Below are positions 14,402-26,000 of a stretch of 64,000 bases of DNA, piece after piece. A program made the translations under genes and the position numbers. Source of the stretch: Calcarisporiella thermophila CBS 279.70 (taxonomy: Eukaryota; Fungi; Calcarisporiellomycota); the NCBI RefSeq assembly GCF_041956535.1, contig NW_027192205.1:594877-658876 (forward strand). Direction: 5' to 3'. Every line of letters begins with the position of its first letter. Position 1 is the stretch's first letter. The notes beneath the pieces were generated by a model. The model was not told the origin of the DNA, did not search any database, and saw only the letters and a list, made by a program, of their open reading frames with translations.

Positions 14402-14672
14402 ATGTCTCATAGCACAATAGAATACTTTGCCACTTGGATTACACCGAAGTAAGTGTTAGCTGTTCCGCCTCCTGAGTAACTTGAAATATCAAACCAATGT
14501 GTTGGCTACGGTCTACAGATTAACCTCTCAAAAAAAAAAAGGCCTGCTTCAGCTGACAAAACATCTCTATCCCCAACTTGACATATTCTTGAGCGATCTA
14601 CTCAGACTGTATCCAACCTCTAAACTCAAAACTCACTTTGAACCTCTCAAACGTACCCCATCTAACGATTAA
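14402..14672 (+). CDS. Putative 66-aa spliced micro-protein
   Basis: ATG 14402; consensus gtaagt donor at 14449 and ctacag acceptor at 14518 join in frame to the 14481-14672 ORF; no recognisable domain. Confidence 0.3.
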
Positions 14673-14815
14673 AGAAATAGGTAATCGTACTAAGCAACGG
14701 TGTCAATCCACACAAACCAGTGATATATAATCAGCTCCACTCTCTCCCTGAAAAGCTCACAGGGGCCAAATAATTGACTCTAAAGGATCCTCTACGACGA
14801 ACTTACATTGGCTAA

Positions 14816-15497
14816 ATGCCTACCCCGCAACCTCCTCCCCCTCCTCCGCACACCACCAGTACCTCAGGCAAGCGGTTTGGACGATTGTCTGCTCTCGGGA
14901 ATCGCTTTCGTCGCTCTTCATTTCTCTCAAAGGATGGCATCTTCAAACGGATGCTTCATGATAATGACCCGTATTATTACACCCACCCACCCTATAACGG
15001 CTATACGTCCTCGTATCCATCCAGCATGTGGTATAAGCGCTACCAGGATTCATATTGGGGCCTGGCGAGGAACGGTATCTTTGACTCCATTTTTAACCAT
15101 TCAACGCGCGCACCCAAGATCGGGCCACCGATATACTCGACCGGGCTGAAGTATTTCGTACTTTCCCTACCTATATCCATAGATGTCACTAATGAATGGG
15201 TCCATTTCTTGAATGTAATTTAGCGCGCCTGCGGCCCAGGTCACATCCGCCGTCCTAGGACTCTCTACCAACGGCATCTTTGATCATGCCTTTAACTCCA
15301 AATGGCGCGATTATGAATTTCAAAACAGCTGGCCCTCTGCGATGGGAATAGGGTACCCGCCGTTTTCCGGCCATCTACCCTACGGATCCTTTCCTTACTT
15401 CGCGAGCAACGTTGACCTAGTTTCACCGGGTAGTCCCGCCATGATGCTTCCGCTGTACCGGTATGGAAGCTATCAGTACCCGTACTATTTCCAATAA
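14816..15497 (+). CDS. Orphan Tyr/Pro-rich protein with a thrice-repeated L-x-x-[DN]-GIF motif, 2 exons
   Basis: TATA-like gatatataat at ~14722; intron 15151-15223 restores frame to TAA 15497; repeats LSKDGIFKRMLH / LARNGIFDSIFN / LSTNGIFDHAFN span both exons. Confidence 0.65.
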
Positions 15498-15824
15498 TTT
15501 CATATCCATCGAGGCAAGAAGTCTTTTGTAGGCGTATATCGGAACATAGTATTATAATCATTGCCATGATCTCTTTTTTTCTTGCACCCTATGGGCTTCA
15601 TAAATGTGACTCATCTAGCATTGGTTTGTCACCTCCCCCTCCTTTTTCCAAGAAAACTGGCCTCTTCCACCTATCTCCTGGGATTCTGAATGCCCACCCG
15701 TGATGCTGCACCATTGTAATAATAGGTTGAGCTTTCATGCCATTAGGGATGCGAAAAAATTAAGCGTATGCGTTTATTTTTACTTTAAAGACTAAAAAAC
15801 AATATAAAAAAGGTCATTTCTACT

Positions 15825-16381
15825 CTACTGCCTCTGATGCTCCTGGGTCTCTTCGGGGGTGAACTCCGGCTCTGAGTGTTCCTCAGAGGCCGAGGAGTCC
15901 TCCTGAGAATGCTGCTGCGGTTGCCGCAGAATGGTGGCCTCGTCTATAAACTCACAAAATTTAGCCTCTCTTTTAGTCTGATGCCATTCCATGTATACTC
16001 ACGTTGCAAGATGGATGTCTGAACCCGCTCCTTACCCTCTGCATCCGTCATGGTCCTGTATTGAATGCTTCCTTCAATGCACACCAGAGCTCCCTTGCGT
16101 ACATTCTTTCCAACCCACTCGACTGCTCCAGGACTGAAGTTCATAATGCGATGCCATTGTGTAGTACGGACCCAGTTACCATCGCGATCCTTACGCGAGT
16201 CGCTAGTGCCAACGGTGTAGAATGCACCCTTGCGGCCATCACGGAGCTCGCGGACCTCGGGGTCGCGTCCGACATTGCCGATAATGATGGCGCGGTTAAC
16301 GTGGCCGCGTGACGCGGAGGTGGCAGAGAAATGGCGAACGGAGGAGCGGAGAGTGTGTGCGAGCGATTTAACGGCAAACAT
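15825..16381 (-). CDS. RIM1: Mitochondrial single-stranded DNA-binding protein (SSB/Rim1 family), 2 exons
   Basis: Basic amphipathic presequence MFAVKSLAHTLRSSVRHFS; SSB motifs NRAIIIGNVGRDPE, TQWHRI, RKGALVCIEGSIQYR; acidic C-terminal exon. Confidence 0.92.
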
Positions 16382-18022
16382 ATTTTTTACAGGAACCTTT
16401 TTTCGATTGTGATCCAAAAGTTGACCGATTGAACCATTTTCATCTTTGTTGATATGTGGCTTGGCTTGCTTTCAATCAGAAATTCATAGAAAATCGACGG
16501 GAAAATGGGGATTTCTTCGGACCTAAGTATTGACCGTTCACCACCGGTTTAATATACTGCAATGCATATTTATTTAGAGTGACAAGTGACCCGTCACCCG
16601 ATAAGTTGGAGAGGGTATTCAATGGAGTGCTGATTAATGAAGCTACTTATAGCCTCAAAGATAGCACTGATAGAACGGCATCATATTCATTGTCATTAAT
16701 GCAAACTGTCTTTGATCAATATATATTTGTCTCCCTTGGACTTCAAAATAGAATATGGAAAGTAGCATGTGTGCTTTACAATAATTGCGTTCAGCAGAGG
16801 CTCGGGGCAAGAAATCAACCTTGGCTAAAGAAATACAACAAAGCAAAAGTAGTTTTTGTAACCTCCGTCGCTTACTTGCTCTGAGAAGCACGTCAGATCG
16901 AGTTGTATCCTTATCCTAGGAGCCATTTATTGAGTGCGCATCGAATAGTGTGCGGCTCATTTTTTTGTTAGTTGAAGATGCGTAATAAATCTATGTTCTC
17001 TGTCGTGAGCCAATTTCAATATAGTGCACTTTAACCTTGATATGCCATAGCGCCTGGGCCAACTATTGCTACTGTGATCCCCTCAGGGTCATCATGGAGT
17101 ATAGACTTTATTGTTATATTGCTATAGTATGAGCCTGTTTGTGTTGGGGTACGCTGCGAGCATAGAAGGCTTGCACTACTTGGAAGAGTCAGGTGTTTTC
17201 ATTCTCTTTATAACTACCCGAGTTCAGAGGAAGTAGCAAAGAGAATGCAATCACCTGGCTATACTAATTATAGAGCAATTTTCAGCCTTAATGTTACAGA
17301 CTTTAAACATCGTCCTCATTCTTAGAGAATATCTTAGTGCGATCTCTCACGGGATTCCAAGAGTGAAAGGGTAGAGGGTAGTAATGCCAAGAGCATCGGG
17401 CACCAAGTGATAGCCTTCAATAACGCACTCGGGGTATTATGGAGAATAAAGAAGCCCAAAACGCGTGTGAACCAGGTGGGGATTGCTTCTCTTGGCGGTC
17501 CAACAAAAAGAGCGGGACAGGGCGGTTTGGGAAAGTCCTGACAGGAGTGGCTAAAATGGATGTAGAATAGTTGGGAAGAGGAGGGGCCTCCAGTGGAATT
17601 TTTCTCCGGGCCGGACGGATAGGAGCGCTCGATTTTGGGAAAGCCAGACTCATATTAATTGGGGGAGGGTAATACAGCAGGCCTTGTCCGATCCCCTTTC
17701 AACCGTTGTCAAACTTAGCGCAATAAAAATTGGCGCGAGTGCTAATCACAAATTAGAAATTTTCAAGGGGTCAAATGAATTCAATTAAAGTTGTTGCAGT
17801 TTCATTTATACGCGCTAAGTATATACCCGATGATTTAATATTCTTGTTCCATCTATATATTCTCTCTCTCGCACGGCGAGATCAGCCGCGCTTCTCCCCC
17901 TTCCGTCATAGAGTCTCTTCCTCTCCTTGTTTTACTCCCCATCCGCTAATTGCCTCTGTGTCTGTTGTGTTTGTCTCTATCCACATCCTATTATCCAACC
18001 TGTAATTCTTCGACTTTCGACA

Positions 18023-18623
18023 ATGAAGCTCCCGTTGCTTGTTTCCTTGTCGCTCCTCTTTGTCACCCTGCCGACGGTGACCCACGCCTCTGAATGGCGC
18101 ACAGCTCGAGCCTCAGTGGGGCTTCACTTTTCCTCCTCCCTTGAAAAACGGGGGAAATCCGAGGGCCATGGCCGTAAAGCACCCTCTAACACGCATCGAA
18201 CCACTTGGTACAGCGGTCAGGACCTTCGCAATGCAGCCTGCTACGGACGCAAGGGCCTAGCTGCTTACAACGCACAGGATTCCTCGATGATTGCTGCCTT
18301 TAAGGGCGGCCTTAATCTCTGCTACAAATGCATCGAGGTGGCGGGAGGAAAGGGTACTAACGGTGGGAAGATGGTGGTGAAGTTGGTGGATCAGTGCGCC
18401 GGCTGTTATCGAGACAATGATATTGACTTGACCAAGGCCGCCTTCAAAAAGCTGGCTCCCTTGGATCGGGGCGAGGTGGAAGTGTCTTGGAGGCCGTTGA
18501 CCAAGTGCCCTCGGGAAGGCAAGGTAACCTATTCATCGTCTTAACTAGCCCCGCCCTTCCCCCTTCTTACTGACTCCCCTGCTCTTATTCTAGTGGCCGA
18601 CGAGCGAGGGTCGCAGGAAATGA
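18023..18623 (+). CDS. Secreted RlpA-like double-psi beta-barrel (expansin-like/loosenin) protein, 2 exons
   Basis: Signal peptide MKLPLLVSLSLLFVTLPTVTHA; LEKR Kex2-like site; TWY..AACYG, CYKCIEV, VKLVDQCAGC, DIDLTKAAFKKLAPLDRG.VEVSW. Confidence 0.88.
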
Positions 18624-19439
18624 ACATTTGCTCTTGGACAGGATCCATATACCATCGTTACTACATTCTCACTCTTATCTGCTTAAGTCCTCTATTCTCT
18701 CTCTGATTAATTTCTCACTTTCTCTGCTTCGTCAGAGCATGATTTTAATAGTAATAACACTCTTGTTGCACTCAGCAGCAGGCGTGAATGGATTATGAAT
18801 AAATATCCACGCCGAAATAATGGCATAGATAAAACGAAATCTTAGAGAGCAAATGGTTTGGCACACAAACGCAGCAAAGAACACGTTTTTCTGATTACAG
18901 CCGATAGAAGGGGTAGTGGTGAAATGCTTTTATGGGGATACTCACCTGTATCTATCCTATAAGCGAATCCACGCCACGTTGGATGCTAAATCTATGATTT
19001 CGCATTCCAGGAGAATTTGAGGGCCTAGCTCTTATGATAGGAATTGGGCCTATCCTAGGATAGCGCACTGTAGTGGGCTAAATATTAGCGAGGCGCTGGT
19101 CGTTTTTTTTTTTTTTTGCTAAATAACTCAATTTTATTACTATTATGGGGGAAAACACAACTTCCCATTAACAAGCGTTAAATAGCAAAATCCAATCCAC
19201 CTGTATCATAGAAATGAAGCAGCTTTAAGAGCCTAGTAAAGAGACATTAGCACAGAGGTGTCAATAGAAATAGAATTTAATTATACTCAAAGAGAACAGG
19301 GAATATGGGAACAGAAAAGGCAAACCAAAAAAGAAAAGCTATGTACACAATGGAGAGAGGGAGGGAGAGATGAAAGGGGAACAGCAAGAGGAGAGGGGGA
19401 CGGGGCAGAGGGAAGGGAATCGCCATCACGGAGACAGCA

Positions 19440-20924
19440 CTAGGTGAAGGGGCTGGGGCATTTAGCATTGCCGTTCGTTTGGTCATACATTTTGGGCCGA
19501 TAGCCAAACCAGGATAAAACCCAGATCTCTAGCGTCAACTCGAATTTCAGGTCGAGCTTAGGGCTCTCCTTGCCTGACTGCTGGAAGCCACACGTAGCCA
19601 GGCCCTGCGAATTGTTTTGTGCCGAGGGGACCGCCACCTTGAGGGGAATTGAGAGCTCCTGCTGTTTCTCCTTCGCCATAAGGGTCACATCGTTGAGCTG
19701 GCCGCTTCCGACCTTTTCGTTGGACTGCGCGTCGAACGTAGCCACCTGCAAGGATCTCAGCTTGACGGGGATCCAGTTTTGCGAGTTATCGATGGTAAAC
19801 TGCAGCTTCCACTCCTGCGTGGCCGTGGAGTCGCCACTGGTGGAGGCGGCCGGCGTGTCGGACGACAGGGCCTTGAAGTGGGCGGAGGGCACGCGAGGCC
19901 AGCAGAAAAAGATCGTGACGCCCAAGCCAAGGAGGAGCACAATGGTGGTGTACAGGCAACTACGGGACCGGCAGCAGCCGCACCATCGCCGCCGGGGCTT
20001 CTTCGCGAGCATGGCGGGGGGGAGGGCAGAGGTGCCGAACGAGCTCGACATGGGCACGGCCGAAGAGGGCTTTACCCCGGGGGGGAAGGCAGACTCGGGA
20101 TGCTCCGAGATGTTGGCAAGGCCAATTCTGTCCGGTTCGTAGGCATGGGGGTTTGCCGTGTAGTAGGGGGGCTGGTCTCTCAGAGTGTCACCCCCCTTTA
20201 GATCACGCATGTCCTCCACCCGCTCGTCATAGTAAAGCATTTGGGCGGGCGGCGGCGAGTAGGGTTCCGAAGAATGATTGCTGTAGGGCAGATACGAATT
20301 AGTGCGGCGAGTTCCGGGGGCGGCGGTGGCGTCGACAGGATCCCGAGTGGTATAAGCGTCGTATGCATACTCGTGATCGCGAGGACCAGGTTGAGAGTTG
20401 GGCGCATTGTACATCGGGTTACCGCCTGGGTGGTGTGTGTAAGCGTCGTAGTGAGGATGGCCGTCATAGTTGGTGTCGTGATATCTATTGTTTTCAGGAG
20501 CCAATGATGGCCAATTGGCCGCAGCATTGGGATCGTTAATTGCCCGATGGCCGAGATATTGATCTGTGGAGAATTCAATACGGGAGGGTGGATGACATGA
20601 GCGCTATTTACTAACATAATACACCCATTCAAAGCTACACTCACCGTAGGCGTGGCCATGGTCCATTTCCCGCCGCATCCACATGTCTCGCTCATTGTAT
20701 TCATCGTATCCGTATTGCCCGTGGGCACCTCGATGATCTGCTTGCTGCGGCGCATAATAATCTTGCTCGTAGTCCAAATGATCCTCTGCATAGTCGGCAT
20801 TGTGCCTTGACGGAGAAGTCGAGGCCTGCAGGAATGGGGGGGATGACTGCGAAGGCGATGACGGCAGCATGGCACGGTGAGGGGGGGCCACAGGCGGCGA
20901 GAGGGGGCGCTGATAATTACTCAT
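19440..20924 (-). CDS. Single-pass membrane protein with LEA-2-like C-terminal domain, 2 exons
   Basis: Tyr/Pro-rich disordered N-terminus; RRRWCGCCRSRSC then a hydrophobic segment ending FFCWPRVP; beta-rich domain (FTIDNSQNWIPVKLRSL); intron ~20644-20565 joins in frame. Confidence 0.75.
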
Positions 20925-20999
20925 GGCTGAGGATATTAGATTAGTGCCAGCACGGAATATTAAAATAGAACTAAAGTCAGAGGGAGGTGATAAATAGGG

Positions 21000-21720
21000 A
21001 AGGGGGAGGGCCGCTTCTCAGGGGGGAGGCAGCGCAGGAGGGGGCGAGAAGGGGCGGGGGCTGCTGAATCAATCAGGAGAAAGACGAGGGAGGAGAGATG
21101 GATGGGCTAGAGCGTCGGCGGAGGGCGATGGTGCCAGAGCTCATCAGCAGGGGCAGAGGCTGAGGAGGGAGGAGAACGCGTTGTGTGAAATCCGAAATTT
21201 CTCGCCTGTTCTTGGGCCGCAATTCGCTACGAGGGGGGTCCGGGAGGAATCTTGCGCTGACCAATGGCAGCGTCCGCAGCACAACCTTTCACGCGGGCAG
21301 GACGTAAGCAAAAGCCAAAGGCCCAGAATGGAGAATGGGCTACGTAATAAACTTAGTTGCGTTGTGCACGCTGGCCTCACTCGTCCTCCACTCTCCCCGC
21401 CGTGCCTGGGGTGCATATGAGCGTGTTTTTTCTAAGCCCCAGCTCAGCGCGCGCTTTTTTTCGCTTTCTGCGGAGAATTTTCGCAGCTTTTCCGCGGGCC
21501 AGATCCTAAGGTCGGGTGCTCGACTAGGCCCTCTCCCCGGCCTGGCACGCGTGAAATCGCCCGCCCTATAAAGTCCAAGCCAGGGTGGGAAGCCAATCTG
21601 CTGCGGCGGTCTGCTGAGCTCGCATCTACAGCGAAGATTTATGTTGTACTCCTTTTTGTGCTTGGGGACTCTGCCCAGTGCCGTGCATAAGTTCGTGACG
21701 TCCCGCCGTGACGTCTTCTC
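21000..21720. promoter_or_regulatory. GC-rich divergent promoter region between the LEA-2-like gene and adenylate cyclase
   Basis: GC boxes, CCAAT (~21261, ~21593), ACGCGT sites, TATAAA 21567-21572, tandem TGACGTC at 21696 and 21709. Confidence 0.45.
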
Positions 21721-23040
21721 TGGCGGCTATGGCGAATCTATTCATAAGTGGCCCGGCTTCGTGTCCTGATCCCTCTTCGATTCTAGATCGCACCTCTCTT
21801 CCAGCCAAAGCCTAACTAAGCGCGACTTGCAGGACTTACCGTAGGATTCGATCATGCTCTGGAGGCGGTCGTTCCGATAGGGCATTTCTTTCTTGTATAT
21901 TAGCCCTCCACGAACGCAAATTTCCATCGTTGGATGCCGTTTTCAGAAGCATTGTGACGCCTCTCTCCCTCTTTACGTAATAGAGCTCAAGCACCAAAAA
22001 GAGTTGCCATTGAGCCCATCTTATCCTATATTCTTGCGTTGTGGTGATGCTGCAGGATACAGGCTTATCCTTCTCGCCAAATTTGTATTAAATGGACCTT
22101 CAGCCCGAACCCTGATTTTTGGGTCTCGGTTCGAAATGGTAGTTGGTAATGCGCTAGAAATGTTTGAGCTCTTAGTGCATTGGGGTATGCAGATTGCCTA
22201 TTAAAGATCATTCCTTGGGTGGTTTTTTTTTCCCCTTATCTACGTGCTTATATTGAGCTGTGGCTCTAAATGAGATGAGGGACCAATGGCATACAGACCA
22301 TGTAAAATTGCTTGTAGGCAATCTCCTCTGCTTGATGCATTCTTGGCGCAGAATAGGTCTAGTTCGTGGGCTTGACTCGGATGGTGAAGATACCGCTGCA
22401 TCTATCTACCTTGAGGCTTGATTGTTAGAGGAACCACGGCGGATGATCGAGTAATCCCTAAAATTAACGGAGCTGACCACGCTATCCAATGCCAGCCTAC
22501 TTGTCCGAAGTTGGATCAAGGACGGCGGCGTAGCTGGCTGCCCACTTAGATCCTCGCTGTTCTCTGATTTCAGCGGTTGCTAGAGAGCGTGGGCTGGGCC
22601 AAGCCAAAAGCCATGATGGCCGGCGATCCATACGGCCAAGGGCTGGGGTTGGGGCATTTCCAACCGTTCCTCCACGGTGGAGGGAGGGGCATGCCAGCGG
22701 GTAGCTGCAGCCGCATTTTCTGATTCAGATCGGCCCCGTGATGAGCTGTGCGCATCCTATCCTGATGCAGCATCGTGGAACAGCACGGCTTGATTGAACA
22801 AGGGAGCCGAGCCTTTGGGAAATTGCGAAATAGAGACACCAAGCGCTAATAATTTTCGTTTCAATCGTGCGGCTTGTATCCTCGAAATGGATCGTGAAAT
22901 TTTCCTCTTCTCTTTGACAGAGGGATTTCCAATTGGATCCAGTTCTTTGTGCCAGAGCATTTTCATTCGCAATCCCAATGTATTAGTGAGTTCACGCATT
23001 GTAGCCGTCGAATTCGCTTTCTTGTAAAGTATCCATCCCC

Positions 23041-26000
23041 ATGTCGAGCCTAAACCTCACCAGAGAAGGCGGATCTACCGGCTCACTACATAATCCCGAG
23101 CAGTCGCACGAACATACCAAGCGCAAGAAATCGCGCGATGGGGCCGAGTCATTGCTCTCGTATATATTTGGCGGATCCCTTTCCTCGTCTAATCAGCGTC
23201 CGCCCAACACTCCTGCAGCCATGTCTGCTGCTTCTGCGTACGTCCACGAAAAATCTCACCTCAATTCGTCGGATTGGCCCCGCTCAAACAGCTTTCAGCA
23301 GCTGCCTTACTCGCCGGCCGATGGCTTCAAGCGGCATCGCAAAGAAAAATCAGTTGATTCGCTGGTGGTGCCGAGCGCGGTCGATAACGCGCGTCGGCAT
23401 TCGAACGAAAGCTCTCGACAATTATCCAAGACGCCCTCCTCGAATCCTCCTCCCTACACCTACGCCCCGACCCCAGCCAAATCTTCGCATACCTATGCCA
23501 CCCTCGCCTCGGCAATGCATCTTCCCCCCGCACCTCCCAGTCGCACCAACTCGCGTTCTCGGACGGCTTCTCATTCGACGGATGAGCATCGGCGCAGCAG
23601 TACTACTTCAGACATCGACGAGCAACTGATAAGAGAAATGCAAATGATTGCCGAGCACTCTAGGAGAGTTCCAGACGTGTATTCGCCCCCCAATGTCGAT
23701 GCAAATTTTGCCCAAGAGTATTTCCCCCCTCCGAAGAGCACTCCCCAGAAAGAGAAGCGTGGGTTGCTGTCTCGGTTTGGAAGAAAAAAGAGTAAAGAGC
23801 CTGAAGGTGGATACTGCCGCTTTTGCTTACCCTGTTTTATTGACTAAACCAAACCTTATTTTTCCCTCTCTACCCAACTTGTGGGTCTTTTTTAGCCGAG
23901 CGCGCCCATAGAGTCTCCTTCGACTACATTCCTCCCTATGGTAGCCAATCTCGGGAGGGCTCCATCAGTTCTTACACGGGAGGTAAGGGGTCAGTGGCAT
24001 CCCCTCCATCCGCAGAGCGCGACAATCCCTTTGATATTCCAGCCCGACACTTTGCAGACAAACGCGAAGATAGAACGCGGTATAATGCCAACGCTTTAGC
24101 GGTAGATCAAGGTTGGTTGCAGTCATGAATAGAAAAGAGTCTCTTTCGGATCCATCCTCATTTTACTTTCCACTCCATCGGCAGATTACGATGCTTCACA
24201 CCCCGGAGACGGAGGTTCAAAACACACTGCTCTGCTTGGTTTTCATCGCCCTCGCCAACGTCAGCAAAAATATACGCCCGCCTCTCACCAGAGCCAGTAT
24301 TTGGACGAGAGTTCACCCGAGGTCGAAGGAAACGAGACGGTCTTTCAACGACAGATCTATGAGATAGCGCCTTGGCTGTCGGACTCGAATTTGCCCTCCG
24401 CTTTGCGAGGCCAACCTGCCATAGAGGCATGGGCCACCCCTAGTTCTCTCGAGGGGGGCGATGCCGAAAAGGCGGGCAGTGTTGCGCAGGGAGAGAATCG
24501 CGACGTTATGGCTAGAAATGTAAGTTGTTTTCTCAATTTCCAAGCGTCAGAATGCTTGTCTGAAGTGAGGTGCTTGTGTGTTTTCAGTATTACATCCGAG
24601 TTCATCGCCATGACGGAACCTTTGCCACCGTTTTGATAACACTCCACACTACCGCTGAAGAGCTTCGCCAGATGCTAGCCAAGAAAACATTTATCCCCGA
24701 TATCAGCAAATTTAACATTTATTTTAGCCATAATAACCTGGGTAGCCCTCCCTCTGTTTTACCCTGCGAGTTGTTTATGCGAAAATTAACTGCTTACCCT
24801 ATTTTTTTTTTCCATGGTAGAGCGCGCACTGCACCCACATGAAAAGCCCGCTCTCCTTTTAAAAAATTGGCTAGAGCAGATGGGCTACACTGAACAAGAT
24901 CGAATGGAGGACTTGGGTCGTGAGGATAACTCGAATCTAGTCAAATTCACATTTAGACCCGCCACGATGATCCAGTTATTAGTAAGCTTTCTTCCCTCCT
25001 CCCTCCTACCCTGATAACCATCTCAATCACCTTTATCCTTCTTTATTATTTTATTTATATTAATTTTGTCTACTCTCCTTGTAGGAGGAACACTTGGGTC
25101 TAGAAAGCTTTCAACATATCGATCTGCAAGGCCAGAATCTCCCCACCATCCCTTTCTGGCTCTATCGCCATGCCGAAAATATCGTGACCCTGAACGTGTC
25201 GCACAATCTGGGCGCTGATTTTCCCGAAGATTTTGCACAGGAGTGCATTTCTCTTAGGGACTTGCGGCTCTCCTCCAATGGACTACAGAGGGTGCCCGAG
25301 GGGATCCATCGAGTGTCGACTCTCATTCATCTAGATTTATCGAGCAATCGATTAAAGAATCTTGCCGGGACCGGCATTGAGAGTTTAAACGCGTTGACGA
25401 GCCTCTGGCTCTACAACAATTTGCTGGACACCCTCCCCCTCGCATTCAGGCAGCTGCAGCATTTGTGCACGCTTGACCTGTCGAATAATGAACTTCGAAC
25501 GTTCCCCACCGCGGTCACCAACATCCTGAGTCTCCAAGAGCTCGACCTCGGCCACAATGACATCGAAGAGCTCCCCGACACAATCCGACGGCTAGGGAAT
25601 CTGCGCCACCTGGTGCTCATCGGCAATAGGTTGCGTCACCTCCCAGAAGGCATCTCGGGGCTGGTGCGATTACAGACCCTAGACTTGCGCCAGAATTTAC
25701 TCACGGACACAGAACGGCTGCCGATGATCCCGGAGCTAGAGAAGGTGCAGCTGGACGACAATTTGATAGAACGAGTGCGGGTGCCTCGGTCTCTTCATGA
25801 AATGAGACTCGCCCGTTGCCCCATCTTGGCATTCGATTTTACGGGGGACTCGCACTTGCGCTATCTGGATTTGACGGGATGTCATCTCACCCTCCTTCCA
25901 GACGCCCTCTTCCTCCACCTTCGAGAGCTGGAGCACTTCATCCTGGATGACAACCGGCTCACCTCCCTCCCTCCCCTCATAAAGAATCTCACTCGCTTGG

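Noticed and set aside
19050-19063. 14-bp palindrome CTATCCTAGGATAG
   Set aside because: Single occurrence of a length expected by chance in 64 kb
21600-22900. Telomerase RNA, RNase P/MRP, snRNA or TPP riboswitch in the long intergenic regions
   Set aside because: No telomeric template run or conserved boxes recognised by eye; an Infernal search is needed to exclude them fully
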